Shown piece after piece: positions 40,046-52,919 of a DNA stretch of 64,000 bases. The DNA comes from Octopus sinensis. Taxonomy: Eukaryota. The notes under the pieces are model-generated. The model saw only the letters and a list, made by a program, of their open reading frames with translations, searched no databases and was not told the DNA's origin. Every line of letters begins with the position of its first letter. Within the stretch, counting starts at the first letter, position 1. The stretch lies in the NCBI RefSeq assembly GCF_006345805.1, contig NC_043014.1:1488001-1552000 (forward strand). The letters run 5' to 3'. Position numbers and translations under genes: made by a program.

Positions 40046-40510
40046 GGCTGCGAGCTGGCAGAAACGTTAGCACTCCGGGCGAAATACTTAGCTATATTTC
40101 GTCTGCCGTTACGTTCTGAGTTCAAATTCCGCCCAGGCCGACTTTGCCTTTCATCCCATCGGGGTCGTTAAATTAAGTACCAGTCGCGCACTGGGGTCGA
40201 TGTAATCGACTTAATTCCTTTGTCTGTCCTTGTTTGTCGCCCTCTTATGTTTATCCCCTTGTGAAGAAATATGTTTATCCCCTTGTGAAGAAATAAGAAA
40301 TGTTAGCAATAAAGAAATAAGAAATGTTAGCAAGCCGGGCGAAATGCTTCGGGGTATTTCGTCTGTCTTTACGTTCTGAGTTCAAAATCCACCGAGGTCG
40401 ATTTTGCCTTTCATCTTTTTGGGGTCGATAAATTAAGTACCAGTTGCGTACTGGGTCGATCTAATCGACTGGCCCCCTCCCCCAAAATTTCGGGCCTAGA
40501 TTTGAAAAGA
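40046..40510 (+). mobile_element. Dimeric head-to-tail SINE family A
   Basis: Two monomers with different tail types, joined through short tandem duplications at 40247-40333. Confidence 0.9.
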
Positions 40511-40587
40511 TAAATTTTTACGAGTAAAACGCCGATGGAGTCATAGATGGACTCGAAGAAGGCAGGACGCGGACAATAAATGCAAGA

Positions 40588-42050
40588 ACATCATCATTCA
40601 TTCATCATTGTTCGACCGTGTTCGAGACAATGGAATTTACCATGCTATAACCCAGACTTCACGGTCCATCATGGCATTACGGAGGTCCTGTCTGGATGCC
40701 TGTATCCATGGAGATTACATCAGGGTAGGAGAGTGTGCGCCCTCTGTATTGCGAGTAGATGGCTTCCAGGAGAAGAAGAGTAGAAATTACTTCTTTTTCA
40801 GCTCTACAACAATGTCCAGCAAACTGGACTCTCCTACCTTTCACAAGAGATGACACAGGTGGTAGTTTCCCATATATTTGCATTTTGTTGCATGGCTCTT
40901 CCACGAGAGATTTTGAGCTCTCATAAGGAGGCGAGTGTAGGTTCCATCCAAACCGCTCTCCAAGCTTCTTTGATAACGTCCAGGTTTCTGAGCCATATAG
41001 TAGAATTGGTTCGACGTGGCTTGAATATTTCAAGTTTGAAGCTCTACTTAGATTTGATGACCAGATCTTATGCATGTCATTACAGGCTGACCAGGGCCAT
41101 ACCCTTTCTAGTTAGAAAGTCTTTTCCAGATGATGATATGTATGAACCCAAGATATTTGTAATCAGAACCATATTTAGGGCGCATTGTTGAGAGTATGGA
41201 AGATGCAATCACTGTTGGACAGGCACTTGTTTATGTATTCAGTTTTGGCCTCATTGAGGTAAAGACCTACACAATTGAGGCTTGTTCAAGAGTTGTAAAA
41301 GAGACTGGGCATTGGAGAGAGAATCACTGATAAGAGCGATGTCGTCAGCAAAGTCAGTGTCTGTCAGCTCAGCTGGGTGTCTGGAACTTCTCCTTGGTTT
41401 TTTTCAAAGCCCTTGCCAGAGATGGTATCACACTGACATACGTAGCACATAATCAACAACAATGATGAAAAGAAATGGGGCGAGTGTGTCTCCCTGCAGT
41501 ATTCCATTCCGGCTTTGATTGAGAAAGATGATGTTTCGTCCCGTCAGGGTTAAGATGGTTGAAGACGTATCTGTGTAGAGGACCTTGATGGCAGAAATGA
41601 TTTTGTCTGTTATCCCATAGAGCTTAAGGATTTCAAACACCTTGTACCTATCTGCAGAATCAAAGCGCTTAGAAATGTCTACAAATACCATTGCAAGATC
41701 GCGATTAAATGCTTTTGATTCTTCAATAAGTCTGCGTAGCATAGTATCTGCTGGCTCAGCGTTTGAGCGCCCATGTCTGAATCCATTTGGTTTCTTTCGG
41801 AGCAAGGTTCAACAAAAGGACAAGACGATTTAGGATCAGTTGTTGTACAGTTTTGTAGCAATTGACATTAGAGATATACCCCTGTAGTTGGTGACGAGGG
41901 ATAATCGCCTTTTTTGGGTATTGGAATGATTTGAGATTGGTGCCAAATCTTTGGAGCGACAAAGGTGGAAAGTGTGGGTTGCAGAGGTTGAGCAAAAGTG
42001 TGTGAAATCTATCATCCTTCCAAATTACAGCTGGGATGTTTCGGGACCAA
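40588..42050 (-). mobile_element. RTE-clade LINE, RT domain to 3' end, frameshifted
   Basis: YRGISLMS, NGFRHGRS, MVFVDISKRFDS, GILQGDTLAPFLFIIVVDYVLR, DFADDIAL motifs; 3' part near-identical to 29097-29568. Confidence 0.95.
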
Positions 42051-42158
42051 ACGCAAGAACAAACGAGACAAATCATGTTTATTCTTTGAGCGGAATTATG
42101 GATCTGCATTAGCCTATGTAGTCACATTCGCGTCTATAAATGTCCTCCCTCTTTCCTT

Positions 42159-42362
42159 ATCATATATCAATATATTAGCGCTTTCGTCCATTCTAGTGGA
42201 ATCTTCAAATTGATCTGTTTGAAGATCAATTTAAGACTCCACTAGAATGGACGAAAGCGCTTATTATATATGATATATGATGTATAAAAACATGTAACAT
42301 ACGAATAAATATCTATAAATATAAAACCTTCCGGATTTCTGATTACCTCATTTCTTCTAATA
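42159..42362. mobile_element. Foldback element with a degenerate HHR motif in each arm
   Basis: Inverted arms 42159-42216 and 42223-42281; UUGAAGA-UUCCA-CUAGAA-UGGAC-GAAA-GCGC-UA; tail 42313-42360 homologous to 49445-49490. Confidence 0.7.
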
Positions 42363-43983
42363 TATATATAGATATATATATATAATATATATATATGTTA
42401 CACACACACACCATACACAATACCTCACAGAAGTATGTACACCGCTAAAATAATTTCAGTAAAATTGCCATTACTCTGATAATAACATTGTACACTTATT
42501 TCGTTTTGCATCCTTCTTCATCGACCATTTTCTTCAACTTCCCAACATAATTAATGGCAGTCTGTATATCACAACTGGCAGTTTTACCTGTTATTTTCAT
42601 GCATAAAAGCGGTTGTAGGCATTTAAAAAATTCTGTTAGAACGCTTAAAACATGGAAATCAATGGGAAATAGGTTTCGCATTACAGAATTTAGTATCACG
42701 CCAAGATTTTAAAGAATGCGAGGCTTCCAAAAGGTTGCATTTCCCTGGAGCAGTATGGTGGAATGGCTGACATGCTCTTCTATCATATTAGATATACTCT
42801 GGTATATACATCTGCATGACTTTCTAACCACCTCTCTCTCTATATATATATGAATGTTTGTGTGTGTATACACACACACACACACACATACATATATAGA
42901 GTTCATGAATGCATACACACACATAATTTTTAGTATTTAGTTTGTTTTGGTACAAAAGCTAAAAGTGCTCAATACACCGTTGTATTAGATTAATATAGAC
43001 TCTGCTGTATGCCAAACGATTCAGCAAAACGATCAAGCCATTATTCATATTTCTTCACATTCTTGAGAAGAGTACAGAGCCGCCGACCATAACTGTTGAT
43101 CGTACAAAATATTTAGAGAAGTTTCTGTCGCTTTGTTTACTTTACAGGTAACACACTCCCGCTCCCACTCGTTCCTCCCGCTAGAAACACACACGCGCTG
43201 ATTATGCAGCGCGGCATGCACAGCGACGATGGTTATGATGATGACAATGATATTCGCGATTGTCGTAACTACGGCTGCTTTGATAAGTTATATGTTGCTA
43301 CTGTTGTTGTTGTTGGTGATGGTGGTGGTGGTGGTGGTGGTGGTGATAGCGATAGATGGTAAAGGTGACGAGTAGAGGGAATGTTGACAGGTAGATGGAG
43401 GTGGTGAGGGCTAAAGGTAACGATTGCGTTATTTTTGTCAATTATAGCTGCACAGATATTTTGCTGGCATAGAGTACAGACAACGGTATGCTGAGGTTCT
43501 TTTCACCATATTACACCACTGAAATTAACCCTAAAAATTCTCCCCAACCAATCAACGCACCTTAATGAAACAGAACACCTTACAGGTGTCAATGATATTA
43601 CAGCAATGATTGCTAACAAGATTGATAAGAAAATTCAGCAGAATTATTACAGTATAGAATATAACCATGCCACATATTTATGGAGGCTGACATTGCGTCT
43701 CAAAGAGGCTCGGCCTAGGAAAAATGATCTCTTTGTTTAAATATTCATACACATATATACAAACTTACAAAAACACAGACGCAGTTCAAATGATGTTAAG
43801 GTCTTTGTAAGTATATTTGTGATTTAATTTCGATGAATCCAGAGACCAAGAGGAATCATTGAGAAGAACAGGGTACTGTAGAGATACCTTTTGGTGAACC
43901 GATAAATAAATAAGAAGCGAAATACAACCAGTGTGCATGTTTTTATTGACCTAATGACTCTCCCAAAACACTCTATAATGATA

Positions 43984-44032
<49 letters not shown>

Positions 44033-44619
44033 TTCTATTATAGGCACAAAGGTCTGGGATTTGTGGGGAGGGGGGTAGTCGACCACATTAATCCCAATAC
44101 TTGACAGGTACTTAATTTATCGACTCCGAAAGTAGTCCCTTAGTGGCTGACGATATGAGCAAGTGTCTCCGCTGTGCCGCAACTGCAATAGAGTGGATAA
44201 AACCATTGCCCATATCACAAACGAATTCCCTAAACTTGCCCCAAACCACTACAAGTTGTGGCGAGGCGACCAGGAGCGAAAGTGCTGCATTGGAAACTAA
44301 GCGAAAAGTGGGGGCTAGAGAGGGGCAAGACATGCTGTCTGCATCTAAAAGAATTAGTGAAGACCTCGTGCATGTTGCTACATCGACACTACAACTCAAT
44401 GAAGAACATACTGTCGTCTGCTGCTCCCACCAGCTTCTTATTTCGTTAATTTGATTGTTTCATTTTTGTTCTTGCTTTCCCGTGTTGTTTTGATGTGGCG
44501 TTTCCTTGCTACAAAAGATGGAAATGACTATGGCTTGACATTGGTCTGATTTCGAAGCTCAAGTGACATCACTAACCATTCCAGACGCGATTCAAAAGAA
44601 ACTCACATGCATCCACCGC

Positions 44620-44799
44620 GTTACAGAAACGCCGCATTCGTCACAACATTACAGTAACGTGGAATTCTGCAACGCGAAGCCTATCTTCTTATTGGCTTCC
44701 TTCGACGTCCAATGTATACGGAAGTCAATGGGAAGTACGTTCCGTGTTGCGGAATTCCAGGTTAAAGCAATATTTTCAGGAATGCAACGCTTCTGTAAC
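44620..44799. mobile_element. Palindromic MITE-like foldback (180 bp)
   Basis: GTTACAGAA/TTCTGTAAC ends, TGGAATTCTGCAAC/GTTGCGGAATTCCA and ATTGGCTTCC/GGAAGTCAAT inner pairs. Confidence 0.7.
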
Positions 44800-44862
44800 A
44801 CAAGGAATGGTTATATTTTGATAGAATATCTGGGCAGGACTTTAAGAGATTATGGAATGGAT

Positions 44863-44923
44863 ATCAATGACCATCACTGATGACTAATAACACCAATGTT
44901 AGTCATCAGTGATGGCCGTTGAT
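44863..44923. other. 61-nt hairpin with 25-bp stem
   Basis: ATCAATGACCATCACTGATGACTAA / TTAGTCATCAGTGATGGCCGTTGAT. Confidence 0.8.
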
Positions 44924-45157
44924 GGCATTAACAGACAAACAGACTATTTCTGTCTTCAGATATGGGAGTGTATCTGTGTGTGGATGTATGTTTGACCTTT
45001 GTCCCTTTGTTATTTAAGTACCTTGATTTTATCGGTTCCTGAAAATTACACACACACACACACAAGGTGATAATGGTGGTGGTGACGATGATGACGATGA
45101 TGATGATGATGGTGGTGGTGACGATGATGACGATGATGATGATGATGGTGGTGGTGG

Positions 45158-45192
<35 letters not shown>

Positions 45193-45834
45193 GAATATCT
45201 TTGTGCATAGAATTGAAACAAAGATATTCTTGAGTTTGTGTGTTTCGTTTGTTTGTTTGGTAATTTAGGTGAGAATCAAGAGAAAGAGAAGAAAGAGAAA
45301 AGCCACATCCTTGGTGCCCCGCCGCTGCTACCGTGCCATCTTCGCTTGCCAGTGACGGCTAAGGTCTATACATGTCAGTGCGTTTGTTTTGTGTGTATGT
45401 GTGTGTGTATGCATGTAGGAAATGATGTCCCCTTGTGTGAATGTATCGCCTGTCATATGTGTCATATGAGTTGCGCAAATGAATGCAAAGAATAAATCCG
45501 ATTTCAATATAAACCTTTCGTCTTTATGAGAGACCCCAATAAACGGGGTACGCACACATTCCATGTACCGTACTGTACCCTGCTTCAGTTATATACCTTT
45601 GCGAGTTAACATTGCAAGCACTGGCTTAAGTACCAACATTCGCCGCTGATGCACGTGCATCCGTGCGTGCGCGCGTGTATTTGTGTTTTTATTATATATT
45701 TATGTATGAGTGTGTATATATATATTATATATATATATATATATATATGTGAGTGTGTATATATTTTTTATATATATATATATGCATATATATATGCATA
45801 TATATATATATATATATGCATATATAATATGTAT

Positions 45835-45922
<88 letters not shown>

Positions 45923-45942
45923 GCATATATATATATATATGC

Positions 45943-45983
<41 letters not shown>

Positions 45984-46694
45984 TATATATATGTAATATA
46001 TATATATGTGTGTGTGTGTTTTGTATATAGATATACGCATGGCTGCATGAATACGTAGGGAGTGTGGAAAGAGATAGTGCGAGATAGATTCGTAGATAAT
46101 GGAGTATATTATTACATACAACCTGTATTTCATAAACAAACTACCGCCAACACCATCACTACCATCATCACCATCATCATCGTCGTTATAACCACCACCA
46201 CCACCACCACCAACACCAAACAACAACAACAACAACAACAACAAAACACACCATCATCCCCACCCCACTTCGCTAGCCCAATATACTCAACCTCCCACCA
46301 CCACCCCCCACCAGCAGCACCACTGTGCTACCAATTCCACCACTAATACTACATCCGTCAACACTATCACACTGTCTCTGCTGCCACCACCACACACCAC
46401 CACCACCACCACAACCACCACCGCTACCATTACTACTACAACTATCAATACAAGCATTATTAAAACCAACACCACCATTATCGTCAGCACCAGCGCCGCC
46501 GCCACCACCACCACTACGAATACCCCCGCCGCCCTCGCCCCTCACCATCTCCTCATTGACTCACTCCTTCCGTAAACTTCTAAAACTTTTCCCCTCATTC
46601 GACTCACTCTTTTACCTGTCTGTCTGTTCGTCTTAGCTCTGCCTGCCTGCCTGCCTGCCTGCCTGTCAGCCTACCTGTCTGTTTGCCTGCCTGC

Positions 46695-46727
<33 letters not shown>

Positions 46728-47312
46728 TCTCTCCCTCTTCACCGTCGCCATCTTAACGATTGCTGCCCTCCACCAACCCCCGTGCATCCCCCGTGCATCA
46801 CACACACGCACACACATACACACGCGCTCACACACACACACTGTTCTCACACTTTCACTCCCTCACTCGCACCTACTCTCTCTCCCACTCTCACTCCCTC
46901 TGCCCCTCTCTCTGTCTCTCACTCTGTCTCTGTCTCTGCCTTCCATCTCACTGACGTCTCATCTACTGAAATACATCACACGGCTTGGAGTACCCGTTCA
47001 GCTCCTTAAATATCCATGCAGTTACCGACCGCCATCGCGCACCATTTTTAGTCAGAGACGTCGGCTGTCAGTCGTAGCAATCGTGGCAAATACCATTCCT
47101 CAGTTCAACACTCTTCACAAGCTTCTGCTGGACGTTTGGTAGACCGGGGTAAGCCAGACACTAACTTTCTTCTCTCTTTCTCACGATTTCCAAACAAATT
47201 TACCAAACAAACACAAAACCAACGAAATTATCACTGTTTCGATTTTACGCACAAACATATTCAACCATCATCACCATTAGCATCCTCAACATCCTCAGCA
47301 TGATCATCATCA

Positions 47313-47382
<70 letters not shown>

Positions 47383-47383
<1 letters not shown>

Positions 47384-47608
47384 GAAACAGCGAAATACTT
47401 AGCCGTATTTCGTGTGCCGCTACGTTCTGAGTTCAAATTCTGCCGAAGTCAGCTTTACCTATCATCTTTTCGGGGTCGATAAATTAAGTACCAGTTATAC
47501 ACTGGAGTCGATGTATTCGACACATCCCCTCCCCCAAAATGAATGGTCTTGTGGCAAACTTTGGAACCATTATTATTGTTATTATTGTTATTATTATTAT
47601 TATTATTA

Positions 47609-47663
<55 letters not shown>

Positions 47664-47873
47664 CGGCGAGCTGGCAGAATCGTTAGCGCATCGGATAAAA
47701 TGTTTAGCACCATTTCTTCCGAGTATTTAAGTCCTGAGTTCAAATTCGGCCGAGGTCGGCTTTACCTTTCATTCTTTTGGGGTTCGATAAAACATATACC
47801 AGTCGAGCACTCGATTCAATGTAATTTCGACTAACCCATCCTCCGAAATTTCCTGCTTTGTACCTAGAGCAGA

Positions 47874-47907
<34 letters not shown>

Positions 47908-48126
47908 TCAATAATGATGATGATGATAATAATAATAATATTGGTGGCGAGCTGGTAGACTCAATAGCATGACGGGCAAAATGCTCTGCAGCATTTTGTC
48001 CGTCTTTATGTTCTGAGTTCAAATTCCACCGGGGTCGATAAAATAAGTAGCAGTTAAGCACTAGAGGACGATATAATCGACTTCCTCTCCCCGAAAATTG
48101 CTGGCCTTGTGCCAAAATTTGAAGTC

Positions 48127-48203
<77 letters not shown>

Positions 48204-48420
48204 GGCGGCCAGCTGGCAGAATCGTTAGCACGCCGGACGAAATGCTTAGTGGTATTTCGCCGGTCGCTACGTTCTGAGTTCAAATACCACCAAGGTCGAC
48301 TTCGCCTCTCATCCTTTCGGCGTCGGCAAAATAAGTACCAGTTGAACACTGGCTGGGGTCGATGTAATCAACTCATCCCCTCCCACAAAATTGCTGCCCC
48401 TGTGGCAAAATTTGAAACCA
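47383..48420 (+). mobile_element. Array of four SINE-A copies separated by (TTA)n/(TAA)n
   Basis: Copies at about 47383, 47662, 47943 and 48204, all on the plus strand and mutually diverged. Confidence 0.9.
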
Positions 48421-48441
48421 TTATTATTATTATTATTATTA

Positions 48442-48477
<36 letters not shown>

Positions 48478-48730
48478 GAGGAACTGCATAAGTCTGAATG
48501 GAGAGACTCCGTGAGACGTTTGTAATGGTTGTGGGACTTGCTACATGTGTCGTGTGGTGGGGAAAGCTGCGGAGTAGTCTGTCATAGTGTATTGCCGTGA
48601 GTTCGTTTCGTTGAAATATATCCACACACCTAACCGCCGTCCTGGTATTAAATACCGTTAACATACAAAAAAAGACCCTTCAAAATGAAACGACCTGTTA
48701 CATTAGCATTACTGATGAAAAATAGGGTAA

Positions 48731-48773
<43 letters not shown>

Positions 48774-48934
48774 ATGTATATGTGTATGTGTGTATATGTA
48801 TGTATATATGTATGTATATGTAAGTATGTGTGTGTATATGTAAAAATATACATGTAATGTGGCAGATTAAGTATGTTTTGATAGAAATGTATGTACATAG
48901 TTGCATGCATACATACGTATATATACATATATAT

Positions 48935-49338
48935 GAGTGGCTGTGTGGTAAGTAGCTTGCTAACCAACCACATGGCTCCGGGTTCAGTCCCACTGCGTGG
49001 CATCTTGGGCAAGTGTCTTCTGCTATAGTCCCGGGCCGACCAATGCCTTGTGAGTGGATTTGGCAGACGGAAACTGAAAGAAGCCTGTCGTATATATGTA
49101 TATATGTGTATGTGTGTGTATATGTTTGTGTGTCTGTGTTTGTCCCTCTAGCATCGCTTGACAACCGATGCTGGTGTGTTTACGTCCCCGTCACTTAGCG
49201 GTTCGGCAAAAAAACCCTCGATAGAATAAGTACTGGGCTTACAAAGAATAAGTCCCGGGGTCTATTTTCTCGACTAAAGGCGGTGCTCCAGCATGGCCGC
49301 AGTCAAATGACTGAAACAAGTAAAAGAGTAAAAGAGTA
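48935..49338 (+). mobile_element. SINE family B (CORE-like), near full length
   Basis: TGGCTGTGTGGTAAG A box, GGTTCAGTCCC B box, CTTGGGCAAGTGTCTT CORE-like motif, internal TA/TG tract, (TAAAAGAG)n tail. Confidence 0.93.
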
Positions 49339-49388
49339 TATATATGTATATATTGGAAGGTTTGGAGATGATGTACAGGTATTATATA

Positions 49389-49490
49389 TTAGAAGAAATG
49401 AGGTACTCAGAAAATCGGATGGTTTTATATTTACAAATAACATCTGTAAATATAAACCATCCGATTTTCTGAGTACCTCATTTCTTCTAA
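49389..49490. repeat. Near-perfect 46-bp inverted repeat with 9-nt spacer
   Basis: Arms 49389-49435 and 49445-49490 differ by one indel. Confidence 0.95.
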
Positions 49491-49527
49491 ATATATATAT
49501 ATATATATGCATATAGATATGCACACA

Positions 49528-49569
<42 letters not shown>

Positions 49570-49803
49570 CATATATACATATGCATATATATAGTATAAA
49601 TTAAATATATGAGTGTATGTAATATATATAAACATATGCATATATGCTTATACCCGCCTACACTCCTCACAATCCCACACCCACTCACACCCACACACAC
49701 ACACACACACATATATATATGTATACATATTTCTTACATCTATGCATATATATATATATATGTATGTTTGTATGCATGTATGTATGTATGTAAGTATATA
49801 TAT

Positions 49804-49910
49804 CGAAGAGTTTTGCTCGAAACATAAAACCACCTTTCTTTCCTTCCCGAGCGTCTGCTAATACTTTGCATGTACCACGTCCTCGCATTATTGTTTTTTC
49901 CTTGTTTTTT
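49804..49910 (+). mobile_element. Family D, 5'-truncated diverged copy
   Basis: CGAAGAGTTTTGCTCGAAACATAAAACC...GAGCGTC...CCACGTCCTCGC. Confidence 0.7.
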
Positions 49911-49926
49911 CTACACACACACACAC

Positions 49927-49961
<35 letters not shown>

Positions 49962-50108
49962 CACACACACACACACACACACACACCACACACACACTCA
50001 CACATACACACGTAATGTATTAGCATAACCTGACAGTTCCCTTCGCTCACAAATCTGTGGCTTTGTACCTTTTACCTTAATGTTTGTATGTCCTTGTGGC
50101 TAATTATC

Positions 50109-50141
<33 letters not shown>

Positions 50142-50438
50142 CATTATTATTATTATTATTATGAATGGGGTAAGGGTAAAGTTATCCTCGATGTCATTAG
50201 AACTCGGAGTGCAGAGAAACGGATCAAATAATGCATTGCATTCCATGCGACTCCCACACGACTCGCCACTTTGCTTCCGCAATCAGTTAACAACAACAGC
50301 AACAACAATTTCAACCTAGAATGCAAAGACGGACGAAATGCCGCTCAACATTTTGTCCGACACGCTAACGATTCTACCAGAATAATAATAATCATTGGGA
50401 ACAACAACAATAACAAAGTCAATAACAACAACAACAAC

Positions 50439-50494
<56 letters not shown>

Positions 50495-50511
50495 TAATAA
50501 TAAAATAAATG

Positions 50512-50565
<54 letters not shown>

Positions 50566-51008
50566 TAATAATGATAATGATAATAGTTTCTGATGTGGGT
50601 ACAAATTCAGTAATTTTGAGGGTGGGGAGCTAGTGGATTATATCAACCCCATGACTGGAACTTAATTTTATTGACCCTCAAAAGAATGAAAGTAAAATCG
50701 ACTTCGGAGAGATTTGAACTCAGTGCGTGAAGAATGTCATTATACACAGATAGAAACCACTGATCGCCATGCCTCTGCTCATCTACCGCTATTAGCTCTG
50801 GGATTCGGTGCTCCCAGAAATCTCCACAAACATCGTTTGAATGGGGCGAAACCACAAAAACGTTCTTCACTCCGGATACATCTGCCTTAAATTATAAGGA
50901 TATTCTGGCATCATTTTAACCAAAATCTGCTCAATGTCGTGTCTTTTGAATCCCAGCCTTATTTGGTCTTCGGTAACTGGTACATCAATGTAATATCCTT
51001 CACACAAT

Positions 51009-51375
51009 GGAGGCGCAATGGCCCAGTGGTTAGGGCAGCGGACTCGCGGTTTCGATTCCCAGACCGGGCGTTGTGAGCGTTTATTGAGCGAAAACACCTA
51101 AAAGCTCCACTAGACTCCGGCAGGGGATGGTGGTGATCCCTGCTGTACTCTTTTACCACAACTTTCTCTCACTCTTACTTTCTGTTTCTGTTGTACCTGT
51201 ATTTCAAAGGGCCGGCCTTGTCACTCTCTGTGTCACGCTGAATATCCCCGAGAACTACGTTAAGGGTACACGTGTCTGTGGAGTGCTCAGCCACTTACAC
51301 GTTAATTTCACGAGCAGGCTGTTCCGTTGATTCGGATCAACCGGAACCCTCATCGTCGTAACCGACGGAGTGCTT
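51009..51375 (+). mobile_element. SINE family C, full length
   Basis: Near-identical to 16127-16500. Confidence 0.92.
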
Positions 51376-51914
51376 CCACACAATCCTTCACACAAAATGA
51401 GCATTATATTCTTCAGGAAGTACAGATCCCTCTTTCGAACGTCTGCGAATTTCATGTCATCTTCACCGCCTTCGTCGTCATATTTGTTGTAATTTACGCG
51501 GTAGTATTTCGGAATCGTCTATCTTTTCCGACTGGATATCCCACTTCCTTTTTCCTGTCACTTTCCTTCCTTCTCCTGCTTCCATCACGTCACCTCTCAT
51601 AGTCACAATACGATAGTCTAGTTGGTTGTGTATAATTGTCTATAGTAAAAATGACAATAATGTATTAACACTAACAGATTGATACTGCAAAAACTAAATA
51701 ATTATTTTACAGCTAGTATTGCTACGGATTTGTATATGTGTTATAAATGTTATACACGCTGGTATTTCATCTAAGAGTGTTATATTCACTTTTATATTAA
51801 TTGCATATATTAATTTAGTTATTACCTGGCTAGCTTTCGCACAGGTTGTTCCGTTTATTGAATTTTACATCAGAACAAGCATTTTAGGCTTAGCTTAAAA
51901 CGTCCTAGGTATTT

Positions 51915-51957
51915 GTCACTGAGGGGACTAAATAATTTCGAAACACTAGTGTCTGAC
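51915..51957 (+). ncRNA. Type I hammerhead-like motif (A9 to G variant)
   Basis: GUCA-CUGAGGG-GACUAAAUAAUUUC-GAAAC-ACUAGU-GUC-UGAC: perfect 4-bp stem I, palindromic stem III, GUC site, weak stem II. Confidence 0.65.
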
Positions 51958-52424
51958 TCTCACCGACATTCTAAGCAAAGTTCTGAAGAATTTGAAGTTA
52001 GAGCGCAGTGAGTCGGAACTAAAACCGATTATTCAGCAATCTAACGATTCTGTCAATTTACCGTTATAACGTTCTGAAGAAGCGGGTTGAAAAAACTAAA
52101 GAATTACATTTTCTTAACTATTGAAAAAATAAAAATTAAGGTGGTGAGATGTCAAAGAATGTAGCCATTTCTGAAAAGATGTTGATAGATTACCGCTGAG
52201 GATGGCAAAAAAGAAAAAGACGCTCGAGAAAATATTGATAATAAGAACTATAAATTTTAGGTAGGTGAGGGTCATTCTCGGAAGACATCTGTTAATCTAT
52301 TTATACGTGCATTCTGATATATAAATAAATAAATAAGTAAATAATAAATAAATAGATAAATAATAATAATAATAACAACAATAATAATAATAATAATAAC
52401 AACAACAACAACAACAACAACAAC

Positions 52425-52469
<45 letters not shown>

Positions 52470-52509
52470 TATTATTATTATTATGTTATTATTATAACAA
52501 TAACAAATA

Positions 52510-52912
52510 GGCGCAGGAGTGTCTGTGTGGTAAGTAGCTTGTTTATCAACCACATGGTTCCGGGTTCAGTCCCACTGCGTGGCACCTTGGGCAAGTGTCT
52601 TCTACTATTGCCTCGGACCGACCAAAGCCTTGTGAGTGGATTTGGTAGACGGAAACTGAAAGAAGCCTGTCGTATATATGTATATATGTGTATGTGTGTG
52701 TGTTTGTGCGTCTGTGTTTGTCCCCCTAGCATTGCTTGACAACCGATGCTGGTGTATTTATGTCCCCGCCTTTAGCGGTTCGGCAAAAGAGACCGATAGA
52801 ATAAGTACTGGGCTTACAAAGAATAAGTCCCGGGGTCGAGTTGCTCGATTAAAGGCGGTGCTCCAGGATGGCCGCAGTCAAATGACTGAAACAAGTAAAA
52901 GAGTAAAGAGTA
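52510..52912 (+). mobile_element. SINE family B, full length
   Basis: Near-identical to 48935-49338. Confidence 0.93.
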
Positions 52913-52919
52913 ATTCTTG

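Noticed and set aside
44143-44454. 103-aa non-repetitive ORF
   Set aside because: No splice context or recognisable domain; possibly a decayed LINE 3' end.
47316-48478. CRISPR-like repeat/spacer periodicity (also 11675-11785 and 27340-27410)
   Set aside because: Eukaryotic SINEs and minisatellites; wrong unit sizes and no cas genes.
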